From: Phoronis australis
Taxonomy: Eukaryota > Animalia > Phoronida
Assembly: GCA_002633005.1 (NCBI GenBank)
Contig: NMRA01000002.1
Location: forward strand, 326,044-390,043
Reading direction: 5' to 3'
DNA length: 64,000 nucleotides
The translations under genes were made by a program, and so were the position numbers. The notes beneath the pieces were generated by a model. The model saw nothing but the letters and a program-made list of their open reading frames with translations, did not search any database and was not told where the DNA came from. Shown here piece by piece: positions 52,958 through 64,000 of the stretch (position 1 is the stretch's first letter; each line of letters starts with the position of its first letter).

Positions 52958-55175
52958 GTGAGTGTTAGGAATATGTGCATACGTAGATGAATTAAGTAAT
53001 TAAGAAAAAAATGAGGCTTGTTAAATACAACACTGTGACTAGTAGGTGACATGAAGTCTGATTAATTATGTATAATTATTTCAAAGCCCATTTGTGGTCA
53101 TGCAAATAGCATGGCAAGAGTTTATTCTGTTTTATGCAACGATCAATTTCATTGGTAGTTTCTTGTTTTAACAATATTATATTTTTGCTCAGTTTTTATT
53201 CACTGAAATACTTAGCAGCTGCAACAGAACACTTGGTATCGACTTTGATACTTTAAATGTTGGTGACAAAACTTAACCCTGGAAATTCATTTTGTGCTCT
53301 ACCTGAAATGTCATTCCCATAAGACGGAGCTGACAGGAGCAGACGCAGTAATACATAATTTTTCTGTTAGTGTTTACCAGTGTTACCTCATTGAGATTTT
53401 GAGTGGGAAGGCACTGAACCACATTATGCACACACAGTGCTTCTCATAAGAACCCTTGGGACTATAAGTGTGCTCGTGTCTGTTTTGTACTTTGACATTG
53501 CTGGATATGACTCACTCAGTCTGGCAATGTAAATATGCAGATATCCGACCGAAGCGGCATTGATTGAGGCGTACTTGTAAGTCTGCCCCCCATCTCTGTA
53601 ATCCATCCACAATAAGTCCCTGTAAGTTGTCTGTCACTGTATTTATGCTCACTGTTATAAGTACTATCATTTGTTGCCTTTCCCATTGTTGTAATTGCTG
53701 TTAGTTGCGAGCTTGCGAGCCTGTCTAAGTTGGAGCTCATTACTATCAAATATGTGTCATTGTTATTATGGATATTGTCTGTTGCTGTCATTGTCGCCAC
53801 CGTTACAAACTGAGCCTCAAATAATGTGTAGTTCCAGTCTACATGTAAATATGTTTAGACGCTGTGTATGCATGCTTTAGAATAGAAAATACAAGGCACC
53901 CATTGGCATCATCTTGAGCAGTTTTTTCATAAGCCACTTGAAAGATGCTTTTGTAACTATTTCATTAAATTTTCTCACGGTCTTTAAGATGAAATAAAGA
54001 AGTGCTGTGAGAAACTTGAGACTATTGGTGTTTTGGTTGATTTTGTCATTCATTTATTTTGATCCTTTTGAACCCAACGCATCTCCACTTTTTTCACGAA
54101 GTGGTTTCTTCTCCCTTTTACAAAATGAAATTCTTTTAAGAATGTGGTTAAACCTTAATGAAAATATTCCCAACAAGATCCCCTACTAAAGGTTCCCATA
54201 TTTCCTAGTAGTAAATTCAAGATCTACATTTTCAGTTGCATCAGAGACATTATGCCAATTTATCATGGTCATTGTTTGATAGGTTACACAAAACTTGGAA
54301 GTACTTGATGACCTTTTTAATATTTTATGGACAGAGTCGTCACAATCAGCTGGTTGACCGTTGCACAATGTTCCGACGTTGTTTTATTTCTGGGGATTAT
54401 AGTCCTAATTTGATCCGTCTTAAGCGCTTGAATGGAAATAATTATTTTTAGTTGATCGTTGAGCAAGGAATGCTAAATGTTGATGAAAGTAAATTAAATG
54501 GTGAAAATCTAATTGATTAAGTGCATTTAACAAAATACATAGAATACTGCTTGCTTGGCTGAATGTCGTGAAATTCTGGAAAATTGCTGCAATTGAATTC
54601 TGGTTTAAAATAATATCCTCTAGTCTTAAAGTAATTTGCCATGCGTTAGGGCTCTGCAAAGCATGCAACAATAAGCGAATCGATTGTTGCTTGGACATGT
54701 TTTGTTGGCAGAATCTTAAGTAGAAGAGCTATCAGTAGACCTGTTCGCTCCATATACGCTATAAGGTAGAATACTGAACTTACCGTATATTTGCTTCATA
54801 CACCCTGTAAGATAGAATACTGCTCTTACCGTATATATTCTCCAATTTGGAACCATCTCTAGAATTTGGGATATGGAAACTGACGCAAAAATTGAATTGT
54901 TTTCGATTCTGGAATTTGGGAAAATGGCGAGTTTGGTGTTCACCATATTTTTTGCATTTCGGACTTTGTTTTTAATCTAAAGAGTGGGTAATTTTGCCAT
55001 CTTTCCAGTGATTCTTGAATTTGGGACGACTAATGTCTGTTTTCTAGAGTTTGGGACAAGCTGGGACATTGAGTGAAATAATTAATTCTTCACTGCCCCA
55101 AATTGTAGAATTTGTATCATAGTATTCTAGAGCTGATGAAATTGAGATGTTCATTTCTTTTTCTTCTTCACTAAG

Positions 55176-55340
55176 ATCTCATCAAAGCAAGAAGCGAGCT
55201 CGCCAAAGGTTAATCCAACAACAGAGGGTGCCCAAGATGAAGACCAGTCCAAAGGTTAGAAATGGCAAGGTGGGGCACCGTGCTGATGTGGAGAGCTGTG
55301 CTAACTATAATGAGGAGGATGGCAAAGCCAAGTGTCCAAG
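55176..55340 (+). CDS. Unknown type I membrane protein, basic cytoplasmic exon
   Basis: Pyrimidine tract then ctaag|A TCT...CCA AG|gtagat; SHQSKKRARQRLIQQQRVPKMKTSPKVRNGKVGHRADVESCANYNEEDGKAKCP; phase 2-2. Confidence 0.7.
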
Positions 55341-56131
55341 GTAGATTGAAGTATTTTGATGAATTTTGCATAACATGAAGAGGCTGCAGGAGTGGAGAAA
55401 TCATCTCATCATGCAGTGTATTGCTCTAATTTTTGTTGAGCCTTTTGCATTTTTATTAAAAACGTACAATGAATAACTCTAATAATTGCATTTTTTAAGA
55501 GGTGACTGGAACTATATTAAATAGCCTCACCAAGATGCACTTACTGAACCCCAAGTAATGTTTTTGTCTTAACTATGTTCTAATAAAATTGTACGACCCT
55601 TTAAAGTATTTTTGAACACGAAGGTTTATCATAATCTTGCTGAGTGTTGGTTGGTAGCTTTACAGTTCTGGAGAAACTTGACTCAATAGAAATTCACTTG
55701 TTGGCCGTATTGTGTGATAAATAAGTGAAGAATTGCCTTACTCGTTTCCCAATCGATTTTCCCCCTTTCAATTTTGTGCTCAGAACTCGGGGGAGGGGCT
55801 CGATGTTGGGGCCGAATATCGGTTACATCCCACTCTGAAAATGTTGTAAAATCGTGAAGTTCCCCTCATCAGACCCGAAAGTTACCCTCCAATGATTTTC
55901 AAAAAATCCCCCCAAGTTTAGTTACACTTTGAACTCAAATTGGCCTTCGAATTGGTGGTGACTGTGGGTTGGAGAAATCCCCTCTCAGAAGGCGCAGGTG
56001 ACTTTACTCTCAGGTGAATGAGAGCCATTCAACTATTTTGTTGTGATTTCTCCTGTAACAAAATGTAAGGAGGTATTTTCTTCAGCGCGTTTTTCTGCAC
56101 AATGAAGAACCATTTCTAACACGTTTTTCAG

Positions 56132-56282
56132 TAGCTCATCAACTACGCAACTCATTACCGAAACGACAGCCAGTACCCATGAAAATGGTCACCACAATCC
56201 AGTGAAAACGGTAGATGAAGCAAAGTCATGTGACACTCACAGCGAAGTGCAGAAATCTGATGAGATTACGGAAGAATCTAAG
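56132..56282 (+). CDS. Unknown membrane protein, Ser/Thr/acidic tail exon (isoform A)
   Basis: ctaac branch-like site, tttttcag|T AGC...TCT AAG|gtaact; open frame SSSTTQLITETTASTHENGHHNPVKTVDEAKSCDTHSEVQKSDEITEESK; phase 2-0; NAGNAG acceptor (cag tag). Confidence 0.6.
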
Positions 56283-56385
56283 GTAACTTAACCATTCATT
56301 TTGTTCATCGTAATTCTGTGGTGTTCACTTGAACTTTGAGTTGTGGTCATTCCTTCTTGCTATTTCGGACTTTTTTACTTTTCAG

Positions 56386-56421
56386 GGAGGATGCATTTCA
56401 AAAGCAACTCATCAAAGATGA
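56386..56421 (+). CDS. Unknown membrane protein, candidate terminal exon (isoform A)
   Basis: Long pyrimidine tract ttttcag|GGA GGA TGC...AGA TGA; GGCISKATHQR*; phase 0. Confidence 0.4.
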   Translation, partial: GGCISKATHQR

Positions 56422-57988
56422 CTGAGTGTAATAAAGTGATATGAAAAAGTTAAAACAGAAACTTTTCTAATCATGAGAAAATGAACAAACTGTTTTCAAT
56501 GATTCTCGACGACAGTGATGTGTAATTTTTTCTGTCAACTCAAAGTCCATCTGAATGCGATTCTGTTAATGTTTGTGATGCTTTGTTTTGCATTCTGCAC
56601 TTACTGACCTTAACTAACCTTTGAAGCCGGGCAACTATCGATTTTTGTCACACAGTCAAAATCACTGAAATATTTTACTGCCATAGTCGTTATTATTATT
56701 ACAAACACTTGGGATGGTTTTACTCATGAATGCAATTCTTTCCCATTGTATGACCAGTCAGCCAAATGACCTATTAATTGTTAGAGAATTGTGGGATATC
56801 TACAATGAATTGTGGGACACTATTGCTCTTAGCTGAGTGAAACCAACCAATGAAACCAGGGAACGTGCTTTTACATTTCCTGCCAGTAGATGGCAAGGAA
56901 AATGCTTATTGCACATTTTTTTAACCATAAAAATGTCAATTAAGCCTGACATTGTCACAGTTATCTTCTATGACAATTACATATTCCGTGGTCTGCTCAG
57001 TCATTAACTCACGACCTTGTAAAAGAAGCCGTAATTAACAAGTGACGTCATGTGACATTTATAATTACTGCTTTCCTTTATGTGATAATGACTTAACAAT
57101 TAAAGGAAGTACTAATTACGGTTGCATTAAAATCGAGTTTTGTTACCCCTCGCTGAGCAAAAGTGTACATGTGACAAAAAATATTAATTTTCAATCTAAC
57201 AAACTATATAATGATTTGATTTTTTCTGAATTATTTTTTTCTGAATTGTGGAAATGAAATTTTCTGTAACAAAAGTGAATATGCCTTGAGAATTAAAACC
57301 ATAAATAATTAATTTATTTTGCCGGCCTGAGGGGAAACAAAAAGTATTTTAAGAATGGCCTTACCAATTTCAATCATGTGACATGGACTGTCATACAAAC
57401 ATGGGAATAACTTCAGGTTTGTGTGCATGGCACATTGTGCAGAAAGCACACTATGTTAGTAATCGTGGCGATAACATTTTGCCTCCATGGCAACAGTCGT
57501 GTAGCTTGCCCTGGCTGAAAACTATCCTCTACCCAGTTTACATAGCGCTGACATTGAATTATTCCGTATTTGTTTCCACTGCACATTTGCATCCAGAAGA
57601 AGTAGATCTGGAACAATTTACTCTACTTTTTTGAAATAGGTCAATCAGGGACTGTAACCGCCAAGCTTTACTTGACTTGGAAATTAACCAATCGCTCAGC
57701 ATGCTTCCGAGTAACCTTTCAAATTTCACACAGTCGTGATTGGTCAGTTTTCGAGTCATGTCTTGATTAAAGTTTTGTGTTAATGAGCCCTGTTTACAAA
57801 TTGTGAGCGCAAGTAACAAATGTCATCCTCACTGGCACTTGCATCATCCTCACTGGCACTGGCAACAGCCACAGCTGTCCCACTATTTCAGGGTAGTGTA
57901 AACGGGTCATGACTGTCTGTACGACTTGATTGCATGGGGTGCTGGTCTATTGTGTGACGTGCTATCTTGCTGTTTTGTGTGTTAACAG

Positions 57989-58034
57989 TGATTCAAACCG
58001 TTTCCCAGTCGTCTGCTTTTCCTCCGCTCTCACG
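57989..58034 (+). CDS. Unknown membrane protein, candidate alternative exon (isoform B)
   Basis: gttaacag|T GAT...CTC ACG|gtaagt; DSNRFPVVCFSSALT; phase 2-0, the same as 56132-56282; consensus donor. Confidence 0.4.
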
Positions 58035-61000
58035 GTAAGTTTTGGTGTAATCTTACTTTCTTGATACATAACTTTTCCTCTTGCATCATGTTTTAAAAGT
58101 CTGTAAAGTAAGACAGGGATCGATAGTCAGTTCTCAGATCTATTGTTTTTTGGGTTTGTTCAATTTGTGAACTTTGTTTCATTTTTTGCCAAGTTTGTTT
58201 GGATGCGCACAGTCATCATAAGCTGGTCATGTCAGTTTCTTAAACTGCTTTACTCTTAAGACGATCTCATTTGAAACTCCCGCCGTCATTTTGGTGATGC
58301 TTACCCATATCTGTGCTTTCTGTCAATCTGCCAGTTTCTTTTTTAAAGGTTGTTGGCGTATAGCATTAAAGATGCATACTTTGAAAGTTTCTATTATCAT
58401 ACGGGTGGAGACCATGCTCTGTAGTCTTTAGACCACATACAGATGTTTATTGTAATACTGAATGAATCTTTGCACATTTTGACTCGCTGAAGATTATTTA
58501 CAGAATTTTCGTGACTTCTTTGTTGTAGTTGTGAATGGGAAACCAAAGTTTCACGAGGGAAGACTTCAAGGAATGTTTGAAATCCAGTTGTTGATGAACC
58601 AAAGAATCCTTTTTCTTTCTTAATCAAATAACATGAGTAATACAGTGAAAAAGTCAAGCTTTTTATTTGTCATACCGTACTTTAAAAACAACAACGGATT
58701 TAAACTGGCTTGACTTGTTTCAGCATTGTTTATGCTGCTACTTGCTATCAAGGGGATTATACTTTAAAGCTGTGTTATATTTTCCTGGACACCTGTCTGT
58801 TCACATTCTTCGGTTGTAGGCAGATCTTGTAGTGTTTGTAATAGTTCTCATACATAGCAGATCTTCATGTGTGGCAGTTGTTTTTCTCATCTAACTTAAG
58901 CTTGTTATTATTCTCTTATCAATGTTAGTTCTGAATAATAATTATTTGAAGTGACATCATTGATTATACGAGGATTATTGCTGGATGAGAGAAGATTTCT
59001 TGAAGTTATTAACTTTAACCCAGAGCTATGAAACAACAAAATCTGTACCGTTTTTGTGGTTATATTACAAATCACCAATACTCACCATGGTCTGCCATCT
59101 ATTGGCGGAAACCAAGGCCAGTTAAATATGTTTAAAATACTATTGATCATGTTGCTCTGCCTGCAAAGTGGTGTACTAGGACTGCTGAGGCTGTTATTTT
59201 GAGTCTTCGGGTTTATCTCAGAAATTCACTTTTCTCCCTGCTACTGTCTCTTTTAAGTTTAACAAAAAACATGTGTTTGTGCATGCTCAGGTTTATTATT
59301 CAGAGAATTAGCTTGAAGTTTGAGATAACCTTTGAACCCACACTTTCCTGCTAATCTGCAGTGTGTTCATGTTTTTATAACACCCTGTATTTCAATGATA
59401 GCATGCTGGCACCAGTGTGCACCCCATGTGTGCGATTATAGAGAGATGACACTTCCTCATGAGTGCAGCTTGGTTTGAAGTCTGACGTAAAGTTTTTTAG
59501 TTGGATTATGATGCGAGTGGAAACAAATGAGATCATACAATCCATTTGTTGACATATAAGTTGCATTGCCTCGTTCAACTTTTGTGTGGATACACTAGTG
59601 AACATAGCCTTGTTTAATGTGCCCAGGAGATGGGTGCTGTTATCAAACATTTAAGTGAATGGGAGGTATAATATGGTAAAAAATCGTCAGTTTGGAACAC
59701 CATATGGCAGACAGGTGAAATTTCTTTTTTGTCAAATTTCGCAGCAAAATAATTTTTCAGGTAAATTTATTTGCTTTTAGCATAGTTTGTGTGGCATAGC
59801 TATTACAAATGTTTTACCAAAGAGCTCTTTCAACAATGTGTAAGCCTCTGAAAAATAGAAATATGGCAGATTTAGCGATTATTTTTGTCTCAAATTGAAG
59901 ATTTTTTATCGTAAGTGTTCATAACCTCTAGCGAATAATCAAAAATAGAAACCATGGCTGAGGTAGTGTGTATATTACTATTTGGGGGTTGTGTGGATCA
60001 TTTCACAACCTACTTGCTCAAAATGTATGTGTATAAATGTAGTTATAAAGTCATGTTGGGCTAACATATGCTATGTATTTATTTTCGCAATATTTGTATA
60101 TTCTAAAGTGCAAGTTGGCTTTGATGTCTGACATAGGCTTCACAGTTTTGAACAGTTGTTTCGTGCTTCATGGAAGTCATTAAGATTGTTATTATTTCCG
60201 TTTTCAGCCTGTTGATCAGTAAATTTGCTGCCAAAATTCACTGTGCTCAGTTTGATCTCAGTCTTGAGTGAATTAGTTTCAGTTATGGAGTACTGTATCA
60301 AAAAGTCAGCGCATTTAGATAAATATCTATAAAACTATAGAAATTAACTCTGTAAACGAATTTATTTTCTAAAAGTGGAAAGCCTTTAGAACTTGATTTT
60401 CGGACTTTGTACCAGAATGTAACCACCATGTTTTTTAGTACAGTTTTCTAAACAAATAAAGGAACATTCATAGCAAAACAACAGCATCAACATCATGGTC
60501 AAATTTCATCTCGTATAATTGTTCAAGATGAAATCTTTAAAATCCTGTTACGGTTTTCTAAAATATAATTTCATTTTCGTTTTGTGCAACATTTGAGTTC
60601 TTTTGTAAAAATGACAAGTCTTATTTTTGAAACCACTCAATACATGCAAAAATGGAAATTTCCAAAGCAGTTCCTAAGGAGTGCATAAGGAATAGTGTGT
60701 GAACATTTTGCATGAACCTGATCTCACATTTCTGAGGTAGAATTCTTTGAAGTTATCCACTTTTGGACTGAGTATCTTGATGTTATTCTAGGGTTCTACA
60801 TAATCTTATCGTGTACTCGGCCTTTACACAATTTTGAAGACTTCTCAAAGCAATATCCGCAACATGTTTTTATCTGCTGAAAGTTTAACGATTGTATCAG
60901 TTGTTCAATTTACGTTCTTGGTTATTTTCAGGAGAGTTAGTAAGCATGTGAAGACTTATTGTACAAGTGACATTGTTTTTTTTTGTAAATAACAACATTT

Positions 61001-64000
61001 TGAAATTACACACATGTTAGTTGTAAATAATGTGGTATTTTTTTTCAAATATAGTTTAACAAAGAATATCAAAGTATGTGAATGTTCATGTTAACGTTGA
61101 AGTTTTAAATTTAAAGTGTGTTGGTTGAGTTTTTGATGCCACGGGTTTTTTGGTTAGGGCATGGCCTAGGTACATGTATAGGCCCTTGTTTTTAGAAGTT
61201 GAGATACCAGTGCTTAAGGATGTATTTGTTAACCATTTGTTGTGAATGTGTTCTTGAGAATTGAAAAAAACAGAATCCTATGTTTGTTTGAACACCAGTT
61301 TAATGTACAGTCACATAGATTTTTTGGTTTCATGATGTAATCGCTGTTTCTCTGAGCAGGTAATGACTGAAGTCATTGTAGTGCTCTAATGAAAACTTAT
61401 TTTGATGATAAGAAAGTATATATTTTAGAGTTGAGTGAGGCCACACTCATGGAGTCTTAGCATCTGGTCCCACACTGTCCTTTAACGTGCTTCTATGCCA
61501 CCTATTGGAAAGAAAACGGTACTTCCTTTTCTTGCCTGAGGTGGAAGCATGAGACATAGATTTCATGTCACCATATTTGCCATTGGTGCAAAAAGGTTCT
61601 CGTTTAGTTCACAAACAGCATTTGGTACACGTTTTTCTTGATGATCGGTAAACCATAAAAATTTTGAGGCCTGATCTAAAAGCAAATATTACCGGTATAT
61701 GTTCAGTTTCTTTGTTTTCAATCATGTTAGAAGTTATCCATAAGAAGGTTTTAAATTGCGTTAATACATTGTTTTTAGTTTTGCTTAGCTCACTACGAGT
61801 CATTTGTTGTTGAGTTGTTGAATTGCGTACGATGCTAAAGTCTCGTGTGTGTGGAACGTTGTTGATTGTCAAGCCTTCTGTGAGTTGCATATGATTTTGA
61901 AGTCTTGTTTGTGAGACACTTTGCTACTTGTCATGCCTTTTGTTAGTTGCATATGAAGTTGAAGTTGTATTTGTCGTATTTGAGACTGAATGCTAGTTCA
62001 CTCTTGAAATTTAGAAAATCAGGATGGCTTTATAGTTTGCCTCCTTTGTATACATTTCATTTTGTGCCTTAAGGTTGTTAATGTAAATTACGAGTGCATG
62101 ATTGTATAAATTTAAACCTGTGTTGTTAAAAACTGTTATACTTTGGGCAGTCAGGACATATCACCAGGAATTCCAAGTTTCTGTTCTCTTGAGTGTGTCT
62201 TGGTAACAAAATAAACAATAGTGAACTGCACACAAGTTATGTGCTTTATTTTCTCTCACTTTATGACGCAACCGTTCATGAGGGACTAACTTCGCAGTTG
62301 ATGTCCATAGTGAAGTGATTAGGATCTATGCAAGAATCTCAGTGAATGTCTTTTGTGAATGACAAGCCAATACAGACTTGTGATAACTGTCGATTGATAA
62401 GACTGCCTGAGCGTTAGCAATGTCAAAATCCACCTCCAGTGTTATTAGTAATAAAATTCAGCTCATGTCCACTTTTGAATGAGAAAAATATTTTTTGTTT
62501 ACAAGAAATGTAAGCTTCGACTTGTCGATATTCTTCCATGGTCATAGGAAGTGTGATTTGTCTGGCTCACATAATTACAATCTACGTGAAGACAGGAACT
62601 AGAGTGTGGTTTCTCATAAATAAATCAGTCTTCGTCTTATTGGTTAGGCAACTTCAAGATTCTAAAATTATTTTGTTTATGGCATAGTGCAAGAGATTTG
62701 TTTGAGGCGGAGTGTATATTGCCCTATTTCATAACCCCAAGTTACGTAGTGCAGTGAGAAATCAGAGGAACACAAAACAAAGTCTCTCGTGGTGAGTTGT
62801 CAAGGTTACGATTTTTTAAATTCTCATGGCAAGTGGTAAAATGTTCCATTCAGGGTGTTTGTGCGTGTGTTTGTGTCACTTTAGTTTTACATGCTTATGG
62901 TACTCGTCATTTCATTTTTTGATTTTGTTGGTTTGTTAATAAAGGGTATTTCTACCAATAAAATTAGCTGTGACAGTTTGAACGGAATCTGTAAAACAAC
63001 GCTCATTCTCGACCACAGTTAATCAGTTGAAATTGATTTTATGACAAGTACGCAATTGAGATCATTTAAAGTGTCTGAGTTGAGTAATGCCTTGAATGAA
63101 AATGAATAGTGTTAGATTGTGATATTTGAAGCAACAGTTATGCACAGCTTAATGAAAATTTTATGGAAGTAGACAGATTGTTTAAAGGATAATGTCATGA
63201 ACTTGCATAACCTTCACCTTTTCACACACTAGTTAATGCTTAACTCATCAAGGTAGCTGACTACCTGCGTTACCAAGGGTCACATTCTTTCAAATTTCTT
63301 TCTAAAATAATAAATAAGATTTAACTGATGAAACACGTACTTTTAGCATCTTTGATGAGCACAGAAACATTATGCCTGAATAAAGTTCGGACATTTGTAG
63401 TCGCGCAACAATGCTTTTTTTTGTAAAAATACTGTTTGAATCTTGTCTTTATAAAGATCATCTGCTCCAACGTGTATGAGACTACTTGCACTTTTTTCTT
63501 TAGTAATGGTCACCTTAAGTGCCAGGTACAAAAATTTTTGCCTAAATCTTGGCACTTTGGCCATTGCAAAAATTTTCACTGCTAGAGTTTATAGTAATCT
63601 TACAAATCATGTTTATAAATAAAACAAATATTCTGACATTACTTCATTGCATATGTTTCTTTGCTCATCATAGATTTTAAAAATATATGGTTTCATGGGT
63701 TTTAACTTAATGTTTTAGACAATATTTAAAGAAACACTACCCCTGATAATGAAACTAGTTACTTCTTAAAGTTATTTTAAGACAATTGGTTAATGAACCC
63801 AAGTGCCTAGAGAATTTATTGAATATTTGGAGTTTGAAGGTTATCTTAATATCCCCCTAGTACTGTAAATAACCCATCCTGTTGCCTGCCATCAGTCCCC
63901 TTTTCAATCTCAGATGAAATTCAATCCATTTTTATGGAATGATTTGAATCTTATTCTTAAGGAATAAAAGATCTGTTTCAAGTTTCATATGCTTATTAAC

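Noticed and set aside
52780-55340. Assigning the orphan protein to BAMBI, AJAP1/PIANP or similar
   Set aside because: Only generic TM-plus-basic similarity; diagnostic domains are absent, so no symbol is given
60209-60945. Other possible terminal exons (PVDQ* at 60209, ES* at about 60932)
   Set aside because: Acceptor-like sites followed by early stops are common in AT-rich DNA; no independent support

Overview
AT-rich, intron-rich animal genomic DNA, probably a heterozygous marine invertebrate draft assembly (inference from repeat types, a 776-N gap and two single-N contig joins). Most supplied ORFs are spurious. Three spliced genes were rebuilt by hand from GT-AG junctions and exon phases. 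(1) The 3' seven coding exons of a BMP type I receptor (ALK3/6, BMPR1 class) lie on + at 5057-13359; the ectodomain and TM exons were not found and are presumably upstream of the window. (2) A complete 9-exon ECHDC3-like mitochondrial enoyl-CoA hydratase (about 297 aa) lies on - at 28897-19856; exons 6-7 appear twice, most likely from uncollapsed haplotypes. (3) An unrecognised small type I membrane protein lies on + from 29418 to about 56421 or 58363. It has a signal peptide, a roughly 35-aa ectodomain, one TM helix and a basic tail, sits head-to-head with ECHDC3, and has two phase-compatible alternative C-termini. The rest holds minisatellites and many non-autonomous DNA transposons, including a CAGGGCTTGGAAT-TIR family with 6-bp TSDs and a possibly polymorphic DINE-1/Helentron-like insertion. 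No CRISPR array, rRNA or tRNA was seen.
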